A DNA stretch of 64,000 nt from Felis catus. Its lineage: Eukaryota. Made by a program: the position numbers and the translations under genes. Location of the stretch: contig NC_058368.1 of NCBI RefSeq assembly GCF_018350175.1, forward strand, positions 205,036,001-205,100,000, read 5' to 3'. Under the pieces are notes generated by a model. It ran no database searches. It was given only the letters and a program-made list of their open reading frames with translations, and was not told where the DNA came from. Shown piece after piece: positions 37,916 through 49,945 of the stretch (position 1 is its first letter; every line of letters begins with the position of its first letter).

Positions 37916-38975
37916 ACTTTGAAGTCTTGTATTGCTATCTTTGAATTTGAAGTAGGTGTCACCTCCTCCAGTCTTTACTGGATGGGTTCAGAAGAGAAAT
38001 GCTTTCACAAGTCGTGCCAAAAAAGTTTCTGAGACTCTCTCAGACCTTTTGTATGGATGCGCCCACTCCACAACTCTTTTTCCTTCTTGGAGGATTAGTC
38101 TTAAGATTGTATGCCCTCTCTTGATCCTGCAAAGCCAGGTAGAATGCTGAGAGCCTGCCATTTGTTTTCCCTAGGGCAGTGTCCTGAAGTGCTCATGTTT
38201 GTGTGCCTTCTCTCAATCCTGCAGAGTTGGTTTGGCATTCTGTGCATGCTTGCAAGTACCTGCAAAGACTTGCACTCACAGTCCATATGGGAATGTGCAG
38301 GGAGCTGGCCACAGGGTGGTGGTTGAGGTAATGGAGCATTGGGGATTGGCCACATAAGGGATCTGCAGGCAAGGCATGCCTAGTGGCTCACGGATGGGCT
38401 TCCTGTTGGGAGTCTACAATGTGGTTAATAGGATCAGCAGCCCTGTGATGAGTTCCAAGTGCTGTTTGATGTGCTTCCAGCCTCTCCTAACCCTTCAGTC
38501 ATGCCAATCACTTGAGTATTTTGCATTTGATAATAAATAAGTGGGTTTCTTGGGCAGTGTCTCACAGAGCTGAGGAAGTCAGACATTCACTCACTATGTT
38601 CTCACTTTCCCTCTGTGAGAATTTGGCACTGAGCTGTGCTGCCTTGGAGGAGGAGTTGATATGGATAAATTGAAATTTTTCTTACCCTCTTCAATGCATC
38701 TATTCTTAGATGTTTTTTCTCTTATGGTGTGTTAGAACTTCTCCACTGGACTCCCAGTCTCCCACATAGTTACAATTACCTATGAGTGGTTGTCAAAATT
38801 GATGTTCTGTGGGGGATGGTGATAGAAAACTTCTATTCCATCATCTTGTTGACATCACTCCTTCCCTTCTGCCTTTATTAATGGGAATTGTATTGTAAAG
38901 AATATCTATCCATTGTTCCCAATTTATTTATTTATTAAAGAAGAGAAAAGGATGGGAGTTAGATGTCTTTTATTT

Positions 38976-39194
38976 CTGTTACTTTAAAATTTTTTTAATG
39001 TTTATTTATTTTTTGAGAGGGAGAGAGCACAAGCATGGGAGGGGTAGAGAGAGAGAGACAGAATCTGAAGCAGGGTCCAGACTCTGAGCTGTCAGCACAG
39101 AACTCCATGTGGGGCTCAAACTCACGAACCACACATGAGATCATGACTTGAGCTGAAGTCAGACGCTTAAGCAACTGAGCCACCCAAGCACCCC
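38976..39194 (-). mobile_element. Can-SINE
   Basis: 15-bp TSD agatgtcttttattt at 38961-38975 and 39195-39209. Confidence 0.95.
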
Positions 39195-39231
39195 AGATGT
39201 CTTTTATTTTAAACTCAAGTTTTAAAAACTA

Positions 39232-39443
39232 TTTTTTTTTCAACGTTTATTTATTTTTGGGACAGAGAGAGACAGAGCATGAACGGGGGAGGGGCAGAGA
39301 GAGAGGGAGACACAGAATCAGAAACAGGCTCCAGGCTCTGAGCCATCAGCCCAGAGCCCGATGCGGGGCTCGAACCCACAGACTGCGGGATCGTGACCTG
39401 GCTGAAGTCGGACGCTTAACCGACTGCGCCACCCAGGCGCCCC
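39232..39443 (-). mobile_element. Young felid SINE (SINEC_Fc type)
   Basis: gagccatcagcccagagccc..gatcgtgacctggctgaagtcggacgcttaaccgactgcgccacccaggcgcccc with many intact CpGs; TSD taaaaacta. Confidence 0.93.
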
Positions 39444-39459
39444 TAAAAACTAATATTTT

Positions 39460-40990
39460 AATTAAACATGATACAGATAAGTGTATAGAACATATATGCA
39501 CTACCTTACAAATATTTTTGAACACATTGTTCGAGAAATAGAATATTAATGACTTTCCATAAACCCTTAGTCTATTCTTTCCCAGTGAAAATTTATCCCC
39601 CCCTTAGAGACATCTGCAACTGCCATGACTTTTATAGTAAACATTTCCCTCCTTCTCTTTACATATCCCTAAACATTAAAGCTCACTTTTGCCAGTTTCT
39701 GGATTTTATATGAAGAGAATCATGCTCATGCTATATGCATTATTTATAATATGCTTTTCCTTCTTCAACATATTTTGAGATGTCGATAATTCTGTAGATT
39801 TCTGAAGCTCATTCATTTTTAGTGTTGCATAGTATTCCATTGTATGACTAAAGCACAATTTTTTATTCTATTGTTGATGAGTATATGAATTGTTTTTAGT
39901 TTTTTGCAATTATGAAAAAAAGTTATTATGAACATTTTTCTGTGTTCTCCCTAGCTCACATGTCCACTTATTGCTGGGGCTATATATGAAGGATGAGAGT
40001 GCTTGTATAATAAGGTAAAGGTATCTTTCATTTACTCCATAATACCACAATGTTTACAGAGCCAACAGCAGTGTATGACAGTTTCTGACCCTTTACATAT
40101 TTGTCAACACTTTATCATGTCTAACTTTTAAACTTTAGTGACTCTAGTACATATAGTGTTATCTCAGTGGGGTTTTGATTTTTATTTTCTCAGCTACTAA
40201 TGATGTTGACACCTTTTAAAATATTTGTTGGTCATTAACATATCCTCCTTCATAAAGCATCTGTTGTAATCTTCTGCCTGTTTAAAAAAACTGGTTTTGG
40301 GGGGTGCCTGGGTGGTTCAGTCAGTTAGGTGTCCAACTCTTGATTTCAGCTCATGTCATGATCTCATCGTTCGTGACGATGCCATCAGGTTCTGTGATGT
40401 AGAGCCCCTGCATCAGGTTCTGTGCTGACAGTGTAGAGCCTGCTTGGGATTCTCTCCCTCTCTTTCTCTCTCTCTCTCTCTTTCTCTCTCTCCGTCTCTC
40501 TCTGCTCCTCCCCAACTCGTGTGCACACATGTGCTCTCTCTCTCTCTCTCAAATAAATAAACAAATATTGAAAAAAATTAAAAGGCTGGTTTTGCTGTCT
40601 TTTGGGATAGACCTATAGTTCTCTGTATCTTCTTATACGTTGGTTCTTCTTTGTTGGTTATACTACTGCAGACATCTTTCTTCCACGTGGTGGCTTATCT
40701 TTTCATTCTTTTTATAATGCCATTTGGTGAACAGATGGCTTAATTTCAATGTAGCCAAATTTATCATATTTTCCTTTATGGCTAGTGCTTTTGTATCTTG
40801 TTTATGAAATCTGTCTGTCTATACCACAAGGCCATAACGATATTCTCTTATATTCTCTAAAACCTTATGATTTTGGCTTATACTTTCAGACTTTCAATCT
40901 ATCTGTGATTGATTTTGTGTTTGGTGTGAGGTAAGAATTAATTTTTTTTAACCCATGGGTAGTTAATTGTCCTGAGATCATTTATTTAAA
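39460..40990 (-). mobile_element. Degraded L1ME-type region (interrupted by a SINE)
   Basis: catagtattccattgtatgac.., ccaacagcagtgtatgacagtt.., ccaaatttatca..ttttcctttatggctagtgctttt. Confidence 0.75.
40299..40578 (+). mobile_element. Can-SINE with internal tandem duplication
   Basis: catcaggttctgtg occurs twice (~40383 and ~40411); flanks share ctggttttg. Confidence 0.92.
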
Positions 40991-41025
40991 GGAATGCTTT
41001 TTATTTAAAAGAGAAGTGGTTGCCA

Positions 41026-41737
41026 AAAACCTCTTTGATCTTGGCCGCAGCAACTTCTTACCCAAGATGTCTCCAGAGGCAAGGGAAACAAAAGCAAAAA
41101 TGAACTATTGGGATCTCATTAAAATAAAAAGCTTCTGCACAGTGAAGAAAACAATCAGCATACCTAAAAGGCAACTGACAGAATGGGAGAAGATATTTGC
41201 AAACGACATATCAGATAAAGGGTTAGTATCCAAATCTATAAAGAACTTATCACACTCAACACCCAAAAAACAAATAATCCAGTGAAGAAATTGGCAAAAG
41301 ACATGAATAGACACTTCTCCAAAGAAGACATCCAGATGGCTAACCGACAGATGAAAAAAATGCCCAACATCACTCATCATCAGGGAAATACAAATCAAAA
41401 CCACAATGAGATACAACCTTACACCTGTCAGAATGGCTAACATTAATAACTCGGGCAACAACAGGTGTTGGTGAGGATGCCAGAAAGAGGATCTCTTTTG
41501 CCTTGTTGGTGGGAATGCAAGCCACTCTGGAAAACACTATGGAGGTTCCTCAAAAAATTAAAAATAGAACTCCCTACAACCCAGAAATTGCACTACTAGG
41601 TATTTATCCAAGGGATACAGGTGTGCTATTTCGAAGGGACACATGCACCACAATGTTTATAGCAGCGCTATCTACAATAACCAAGGCATGGAAAGAGCCC
41701 AAATGTCCATCGATGGATGAATGGATAAAGAAGAAGT

Positions 41738-41791
<54 letters not shown>

Positions 41792-42241
41792 ATGGAGTAT
41801 TACTCAGCAATCAAAAAGAATGAAATCTTGCCATTTGCAGCTATGTGGATGGAACTGGAGGGTATTACACTAAATGAAATTAGTCAGAGAAAGACACATA
41901 TCATATGACTTCACTCATATGAGGACTTTAAGAGACAAAACAGATGAACATAAGGGAAAGGAAACAAAAATAGTATAAAAACAGGTAGGGGAACAAAACA
42001 TAAGAAACTCATAAATATGGAGAACAAACAGAGGGTTATTGGGGGTGTGTGGGAGGGAGGATGGACTAAATGGGTAAGGGGCATTAAGGAATCTACTCCT
42101 AAAATCATTGTTTCACTATATGCTAACTAATTTGGATGTAAATTAAAAAAAATAAAATCAAAAAAATGATAATATAACAAGTAATAAGCATAAAAATAAA
42201 TGTTCTTTCCTTCTCCAAAAAAAAAAAAAAAAAAGAGAGGG
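41026..42241 (+). mobile_element. Carnivore L1, 5'-truncated (ORF2 C-terminus plus 3' UTR) with extra 3' segment and second poly(A)
   Basis: ORF 41016..41285 ([33 protein letters not shown]) is L1 ORF2; highly similar to 16000-17140; 16-bp TSD agagaagtggttgcca at 41010-41025 and 42242-42257. Confidence 0.95.
41741..41782. repeat. (TA)n microsatellite inside L1
   Basis: Direct reading. Confidence 0.95.
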
Positions 42242-42445
42242 AGAGAAGTGGTTGCCAGAAGTTGGGGCTGGAGAGAGGGAAATTATAGGTAGAGCACAAG
42301 AGATTTTTAGGGCAGTGCAACTATTCTGTACGATATAGACATGATGGCCACATATCATTATACACTTGTCAAAACCCATAACATGTGCAACACAAAGACT
42401 GAACCCTAATGTAAACTATAAATTTAATTAATAATAATATATAAA
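42242..42445 (+). mobile_element. L1MC/L1MB-type 3' fragment (target of the younger L1)
   Basis: gtggttgccag..gatttttagggcagtg..cattatacacttgtcaaaaccca..gaaccctaatgtaaactat; similar to 17995-18460. Confidence 0.75.
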
Positions 42446-43739
42446 GACATAAAAAGAGCAGCATGGTCCCGGCCCTCTGTGAACTTAATGTCTTTTCAAG
42501 TTTAGCTGGATACATTAGTTATTTATGCCCTTGAGATTCTTTGCAAAAATAAGAATGGAACTTGCTACATTTACAAAGAAGGTGATTATAATTGAAATGT
42601 ACAATATGTAGCCTTAAAGTTTGATCAAGATGAATTTTATACTAGAATGTTATAAACTGAAAGCAGTTAAGCTGTACTTCCACAATGGAATCTTTATGTC
42701 TTTGAAGAGAGCAGGAGACAGCTCAGGGGTTCTTTCCCCCAGGTCTGACCCAATTGCAAAAGGATGTGATATTTCTTGGGAAAGCATTGCTCTTTAGAGT
42801 ATTTCCTTAAAAAATAAAGATGTCAAAAAAACAGTGATACAAAAGGAAAGAAGAAATAGAAATAAAGAGAAAAATGTTCAAAGCATAAAAGAATGGATGA
42901 AAGGAAAAGAAAGAACTGGCTAAAAGGAGAAGGGGGAAAGAGGAAAGAGGAGCAGGGGAAGGGACAGGAGGGGAAGGAGAGAAGAGGAGTAGTTTGGGAA
43001 GAAAGAGGATTCGGTAAAGACTGGTGGTTTCCTGAGACACAAAGGGGAAAAAATAGCTACTAAAAGAATTTTTTATCTTAAAAGAAAAAAAAACATTGCA
43101 CAGTCATCCCTTCTGTCCCTGGTGCTCCATTCCAGCCACACTCTTATCTGAGGCATTTCCAGGGGAGCTTAGGTCCCCTTGGGCCACTTGCCTGTTTTTT
43201 CTCCAAAGCATCTTACTGGAGGCTTTCACAATTCTCATTAATAAGCTCTAGATATTCTGGCTTTGTAAGTCTTTGAGGAGAAAAGCATTTCTAACCTAAT
43301 TCTGAAATAGATATAATTAGATAAAATAAAACCAGCCTTTTAAAAACATGGCTTCATTAACATCATCTGCTTCTTTTTTTATATAGCTTTTCTCTGAATC
43401 CCTTCTATGAAGGACCATGCAATGAAAAAAGGTCAGGGAGAAAGAATGAATACATTTTAATGAATATCTTTTATTATGGCAACTGGACTTTAAGGAGTCA
43501 CAAACATTTAAGCACTGAATACAACCTTAAAGATATTTTTATCCAAATACTTTGTTGCATATGTCGTATATGAAACAACATATCCATATATTTTGTTTCT
43601 AAATAATTTTTGGTGAGAAGCCCATTTGGGAAGAATAAAATGCTGTCATATATAGAACTAAACATTGACCTGTGTGATTTGTGCTCAGTGCGGACTCTTG
43701 GCCAGGTCTGGGCCTGTTGTGCAATGCGAGGCACAGAAC

Positions 43740-43860
43740 TCAAAATCTCTAAGCCCCAGTGTCTTCCACATGTAAAATGGAAAGAATACCATTTATCCTT
43801 TAGGATTATCAGAATTAAGGAAGATATATTCGAAGGCAGATGGAACGCAAGAAATAAGTG
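43740..43860 (+). mobile_element. MIR fragment
   Basis: ctctaagccccagtgtcttccacatgtaaaatgg..taggatt..agaattaa. Confidence 0.6.
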
Positions 43861-44466
43861 TCATCCTCTATTACGGTGCCTGCCCTACGTGCTTCCTTTT
43901 CTTGACCTTCTAGCTTTTCTGTTTCTTTTGTGGTGCCTGTGGCTCAGGAAGCATACCAGCAAGCATGTTAGACCTAGAATTAGAGTTGACAGCAGTCAAG
44001 AGGCTGTCTTAATGGCAAACTGCATCACCTTTAAAGTTGGGAATCCTTGGCCTCTGTTGGGCTGCTCAAAATCTTCTTTTCCCTTTTCTGATACTCAGCC
44101 AAGTACACCAGTATGTAAGTGGTCTATGCCTAAGTAACATATGGCTATAGCTTTGGTGATCCACTGGGAGGTTTTCTGATTCAAGTGCAAGAAGTTTTGT
44201 TTTGGCATAGAAACTTTGAAATCTTCTACATTGGGAAATCACCCATTTTTCCAATCTGAGTAAAGTAGTATTGAAGAGAGATTATGTAGCTCTCAAGAGT
44301 AAATTGTCTTGAATAGAAGTTTCAGACTCTCCCTTGTCTTCTACCAGGATATTTCCTCAAGATGTCAATTATATTTTGTAGTGAGACAGTGACATTTATT
44401 TCAAACTGTTTGTTTCAAACAACATCAGTAAATCCAGACAGATATTATGTACTCCAAATGGATTTT

Positions 44467-44511
44467 ATGTATGTATGTATGTATGTATGTATGTATGTAT
44501 GTATGTATGTA
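44467..44511. repeat. (TATG)n microsatellite
   Basis: About 11 units. Confidence 0.97.
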
Positions 44512-44834
44512 TTATTTAGAATTTATTTTTCCTTTTCCAGAAGAGAAGGCAGTGTGGGATACCAAATATATAGTGTATTCTTTGTTTCCTCCATTCCTAT
44601 TAGAGCCTCTTAGACTTCCACAAAACCCCAGCATCTTTTGAGACTCATGTCCTTCCAGAATTATCTTCTCTGGCCTTCTCTCCTCAACGTGACTCTCTTA
44701 TTTATGAATTCACAACTTTTCCTTCTCATTTCTCACATCAAAATTTATTTGTGCTGTGTCCCTTTCATATATTTGTATAATCTTGGAGATTAAAGGACAT
44801 GATTATCTAGTAGAATTAGGAGTTCTTATTATGA

Positions 44835-45811
44835 TAGTGGTTCTGAGGGGTTTTTGTTTGTTTGTTTGTTTGTTTCAGTTTCCCTTTTATACTCATAAAT
44901 TATTGAGAACCCCAAAGCTTTTGTTTTTGTGGGTTATAGTTATGAAGATTTGCCATATTAGAAGTTTAAACCTAGACCTATTACATTTTAAGATAAATAA
45001 CATTTTTATGAGAAATAACTATTTCCCAATAATTTGTAAGAGCAGTGCTGTTTTACATATTTACAAAACCTTTTTTATGTTAGCTTAATAGAAGACAGCT
45101 GAGTTCTCATATCTGCTTCTGCATTCAATCTGTTGCATTATTGCATTCAGATAGCTTCTGAAAAATCCTGTCGTTCACTCATGAGCAAATGAGAATGGAA
45201 AAGCCAAATAATATCTTTGGATTTGTATTGGTTTTCTACTGCTGCTGTAACAACTACAAATTTAATGGCTTAAAATAACACAAATTTATTATCTCATAGT
45301 TGTGGAGGTCAGAAGTCCAAAAACTTTTTCTGAGCTAGAATCAACATTGGCAGGGTTGTGTTGCTTCTGGAGGCTCTCAGGGTCAATAGGTTTTTGGTCT
45401 TTTCCTTCAGGCTTCATGTGGCCACCAACACTACTAGGCCTGTGGCCCCTTCCTCCATCTTCACAGACAGCAACAGTTAGGCCCAGTCCCCTTCTGTCTG
45501 GTTCCCTCTCTAGATTCTCTCTTCCACTTGTAAGGACCTTTGTGATTACACTGGGCCCACCCAGATAATACAGGATAGTCTCTTTATTTCCAGGTCAGGT
45601 GATTAATAACTTTAATCCATTGCAATCTTAATTCTCTTTACCATGTAATGTATATATTCACTAATTCCTGAAATTTGACCATGGACCTCATGAAGAGAGT
45701 GTTATTTTGCCAACCACAATATTATTATTAAATTCATTTTGACTTCATGGATCCCATGAAACGGTCTCAGAAACCTTCAGAAGTTTCCAGATCCTACCTT
45801 GAGAACCACTA
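44835..45811. mobile_element. Charlie1-derived element (MER119-like), split by an MLT1 LTR
   Basis: Termini tagtggttctga ... tgagaaccacta; internal gcttaatagaagacagctg..ttctcatatctgcttctgcattcaatctgttgc typical of Charlie1. Confidence 0.7.
45224..45718 (-). mobile_element. MaLR LTR (MLT1D-like)
   Basis: tgtattggttttctactgctgctgtaacaa..ggcttaaaataacacaaatttattatctcatagtt.tggaggtcagaagtcc...ccaaccaca; about 495 bp. Confidence 0.85.
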
Positions 45812-46856
45812 TTCTATAATATTCCTAACAGGTAGCATGTGCCTGACAAAGCATCTCACAAGGAAGCCTTTTCGAAAAGTAGTGAAAATTGAACACTTAA
45901 AAAAAAAAATCTGTCTTCTGTAATTCCCACCCAGTAATGTTCTTCTATTTTTTGGAGCTACAAATAATAAATCTACTCTACAATGTTGACAACCTTTCAA
46001 ATATTTAAAGAACATTAATGTGCCCCACATGATTTTTCTCTTCATGTTATATATACACAGATCCTTATGAGAGAAGTTATGATGACATTAGCAGCAATAA
46101 TATTTGTCCAAACTCCACCTCCCTTCACAGCCCAGCCTACGTGTCAAGTTTTCTGCAAACTTCCTCAGATGCCACTAATGGAAAATTATTTTTTTTCCTC
46201 TAATCTCCCACAGCACATTATCATTTACATTCAGGGCTACTCTGTAATATGATTGTAGATTTCTTGAGCGCAAGGTCTTTCACTCATTTGTTCTTACATT
46301 ATACACAGCTTGATATCTATTGGAAAAGAAACACCCTAAGTGATGTCCTTTTGAATAAAAGGACCAAAGAATTAGAGCAGGAGTCCCAGCTGGAGCCCAT
46401 GCTTACCCTTGGTTTCAGGCACATATGATAAGGTTGAAGGTTCCATGTAAGAACCTCCTACCTGCAGGGTATGTACTCCAATGGAAAGGAGAATAGAGAC
46501 CCACTCTGAAGTGAGGAGGATGCACAGGTTTGAGATTAGGAATGACTGAGCCCAACACAGTGTCCATCACTGAGGCTGTCTTGAATCCTAGAGAGAAAGG
46601 ACTCAGAATGAAAATGAAAAGTACTATTTCCTAAAAATCCCTAGAAAGACCAGATAACAAAGTGCAGCCTCACTCTGGAGTCCATGTTTTAGTGATTATC
46701 ACCTGATGGTACAACGCACACCTTCTCTGAGGCACAGACTGGGGTATCATCACATGGGGCCTGCTCAAGGCTTCTGTTCAGATGGAGCCAGCTTCTCAAC
46801 ACTGGGCAATGGCAGCTTTAGCAGAGACAGATTGTTTGCTAAAACTTCTTTCTTTG

Positions 46857-47612
46857 AGCAACATCTTCCTATTTCCCTCATCCCTTGTCTCAGTAACCAT
46901 CATTCTACTCTCTGCTTCTAAGAGTTTGACTTTTTCAGGTGCAACATATAAGTGACATCATGCAGTATTTATCTTTCTGTGACTTGTTTGTTTCATCTAG
47001 CATAATGGCCTTAGGGTCCATCCATGTTGTCGTAAATGACAGGATTTTCTTCTCTCTTTTTTAGGCTGAAAAATATTCCGTGTGTGTGTGTATGTGTGTG
47101 GGTGCGTGTGTGTGTGTGCGCGCGTGTGTGTGTGTTTGTATATATACATCTTTGACCTTTGAACAACATGGGTTTGAACCGTGCAGGTCCACTTATATGT
47201 AAATTTTTTCAATAAATACAGTACAGTAATGCAAATGTATTTTCTCTTCCTTATGATTTTCTTAATAGCATTTTCTTTTCTCTAGCTTACTTTATTGTAA
47301 GAACACAGTATATAATATACATAACATACAAAATACTTGTTCATCAACAGTTTACGTTATCGATAAGGCTTCTGGTCAACAGTGGCTCTTAGTATAGTTA
47401 AGTTTTCGGGGAGTCAAAAATTATATGCAGATTTTCAACTGCTTAGGGGTAGGCCCCTGGCCCTCACATTGCTCAATATATATTTCATATTCTTTGCCCT
47501 TTCACACATTGATGGACACTTAGGTGGTTTCTATATCTTGGCTATTGTGAAAAGTCCTGCAGCAAACAGGGAGGTGCAGATTTCTTTGATATACTGATTT
47601 CATTTCCTTTGG
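46857..47612 (-). mobile_element. L1MA-type 3' region, inverted arm (contains a GT repeat and a Tigger)
   Basis: taaccatcattctactctctgcttct..catataagtgacatcatgcagtattt..ttgatggacacttaggt..gatatactgatttcatttcctttgg. Confidence 0.85.
47148..47478 (+). mobile_element. Tigger2a_Car-like MITE
   Basis: ttgacctttgaacaacatgggtttgaac..gtccacttata..ggagtcaaaaattatatgcagattttc; homologous to 18070-18379; termini degraded. Confidence 0.85.
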
Positions 47613-47624
47613 AGTTTCAGATAT

Positions 47625-48085
47625 GCATGATGACTATAGTAAATACTGTATCGTGGAGCACCCGGGTGGCTCAGTCGGTTGGGCGTCCCAACTTAGGCTC
47701 AGGTCATGATCTCACAGCTTGTGAGTTCGATCCCCACATCGGGCTCTGTGCTGATGGCTCGGAGCCTGGAGCCTACTTCGGATTCTGTGTCTCCCTCTCT
47801 CTCTCTCTGCCCTTAACCCACTCGCGTTCTGTCTCTGTCTCTCTCAGAAATAAACATTAAAAAATTTTTTTTAAATACTGTATCATAACTGGAAATTTGC
47901 TAACAGAGTAGATCTTAATTGTACTCGATTTTTTTTAAAAAGGTAATTATATAAGATGATGGAGGTGTTAATTAACTTGACCGTGAAATGTTTATAATGT
48001 ATATGTATGCCAAAACATCACATTGTACACCTTAAATATCTACAGTTTTTATTTGTCAATTATACCTCAATCAAGCTGGGGGGGG
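47625..48085 (+). mobile_element. L1MA9-like 3' terminus, forward arm (interrupted by a SINE)
   Basis: gcatgatgactatagt..aatactgtat..aaatttgctaacagagtagatcttaa..tgtacaccttaaatat..tgtcaattatacctcaatcaagctgg. Confidence 0.85.
47654..47871 (+). mobile_element. Can-SINE
   Basis: 13-bp TSD taaatactgtatc at 47640-47652 and 47872-47884. Confidence 0.95.
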
Positions 48086-48959
48086 AATCCTCTTTCTTTG
48101 TGAATAAACACAAATATTACTTTTAATAATATGACTGAGAAGACGAGAAACAGCAGCAGTAGCTTCCTAACCTCTCGGGTGGAGGCATATTCCTTCTCTG
48201 AACTCATGCAGGGAGGCAGGAGCAGAGGTGGCTATTCCACTGTTTTCAGAGTCATATAAAGCAACAAAGCACGTGGGTGAGGAGAGGAGGGTGGAGGACA
48301 CTTATCAGATGCCATATGACAGCTTGGGAGCCAGTGCTTACCTTGGAAGACATGGTCTAAACAGAGGAGTTGGGCTTAAAATGGGGCATGGAGGCCCTAG
48401 AATGGTGACTAGGTAAGGCCGGGAGAAGAAAAGTTCTGTTTTGGCTCCTGTTCATTAACTCCAGAATGGCATAGCCCACGATGGGCCGTGACTGGGAATC
48501 CTGGCTTGACTTGCTCACAGCTCTACTTACCAGAGGAAGAATCTTGGTCTCCCCATTTCCCACTTACTTCCACTGTTATAGCAGTTCCTGACTCTTTCCC
48601 CAGTTAATGAACTCTAGCACTTTGCCATAGGGCTAATACTTAGCTTCTGCAAACACTTGAGTCAGCTCTTATTGGAATCAATGTTTTTTTCTTGAAACCA
48701 AATCTGTTTACTATTAACAGTTCAGACATATTAACTTCAAGCTAATTAGAAACATACACAGTGTAAAAGAGCAAATAAATATTGTAATTCATTCCTTGTT
48801 TATTTATTAATGAAATTGGATGAACACGCTGATCTTAGTACTCTAATGATTTAACTGTATATGTGGCACTAACTACATAATGACCCCCAAAATTAAGTAA
48901 TCAAGCTCTTATCCAACAATTGTATAACACTAATTTTGGTCCAGGGCTAGATACATCAT

Positions 48960-49470
48960 AAAAACACAAACGCTGCTCTCCACCAAATGGGAAGAGCATT
49001 AGTAGCTTCCTACCCTCCCCATCCAGACATCTGTGTTTGCACACGTCCTTAGTTACTGAGGTCTCTATCACCACTGAGTGTCTACAGCAGCATGTACTAT
49101 GGGGTCCCCTGTACATACTAGTGTTTGCTGTGGTATAGCTCCTCTCCATGTGTGCACATTGTTTGATGTGCTCTGATAGCTGAGATGTTGTTAGTCCCAC
49201 CTGGTTTTCATACATAAGGTACTGGCCGGCATCATTGATAACTGATATCCGTGGTCTCTGCCTTTGTCTCAGATCACCACATAATTTAGTGTCATAGTCA
49301 CACTGACAAGAGTCCTGTGAGTTGCCTCATTCCCAGCCAGCTTTTTGGATGCTGTGTCATACTACACTAAGCCAATCTGCCAAGATGCCTTTGCCTGTCA
49401 TTGGCATTTGACCACCCACGTGTTGTATTGGACTTGAGGCTTGACTCCTAGACTTGCACTCTTTCAGGCA
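48960..49470 (-). mobile_element. Probable ancient LINE remnant (L4/RTE-X-like)
   Basis: Minus strand gtatgacacagcatccaaaaagctggctgggaatgaggcaac resembles my recollection of the L4 consensus; very diverged. Confidence 0.4.
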
Positions 49471-49519
49471 GGAAGCAAGTGCAAGTCCTCTCTGCTGTAA
49501 GATTTAGCCTAATCTACTG

Positions 49520-49945
49520 TGGATTTCTTGGGTTATCACGAAAGCACGCCTCTCAGATGTCTGACTATGGAGAGTATAACTGGTCCCTAGCTCTACCTGC
49601 CATGCTCAGAAATGCGTCACTGTGTTTGAACGATGTTACACTTTCTAGGGACTGTTCCCAGTAAGTAAGGAGCATGGCTGGGCTATGAAGGTCAGAAAAC
49701 CACCTGGGAGGCACAGGGCTCATCTGATGGGGGACTTTGGCTTGAGGACTCGCTGTAGGCTTTACCAAAATCTTCTTAGAAACTGCACTGCTGCCTACAT
49801 CTTCCTGCCCCCTCCTTTCCTTTCTCCTCCACAGGCTCCAGATCATGGTCTGACAACTGTCTTGTCTTCACCCCTACTTTTCTTACCCCAGGAAATCTTC
49901 TTCATTTCTAATCCCATCTTGGCATCTATTTCTCAGGGGGCAAGG
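49520..49945 (+). mobile_element. ERVL-class LTR (LTR16/LTR33-like)
   Basis: ggggactttggcttgaggactc and the 3' motif tctaatcccatcttggcatctatttctcagggg. Confidence 0.6.

Larger units (their letters stand above)
35080..38861 (-). mobile_element. Older L1 retaining 5' UTR, ORF1 and the ORF2 endonuclease region; 3' part missing
   Basis: ORF 37184..37375 is L1 ORF1-like (MAENISNLGKD..IKLSKIKD..LKAAREE.ITYK). ORF 35593..35832 is the endonuclease (IYRTFYP.AAEYTF..STHGTFSSIDHILG). The minus strand starts ggagtgatgtcaacaagatg, like L1 5' termini. Confidence 0.88.

Noticed and set aside
42830..43010. Purine-rich strand tract
   Set aside because: Low-complexity GA-rich sequence without a clean mirror repeat; common in mammalian DNA.
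43610..44137. Longest ORF in the track (175 aa)
   Set aside because: Non-ATG start, overlaps a MIR fragment, no recognisable domain; consistent with a chance ORF.
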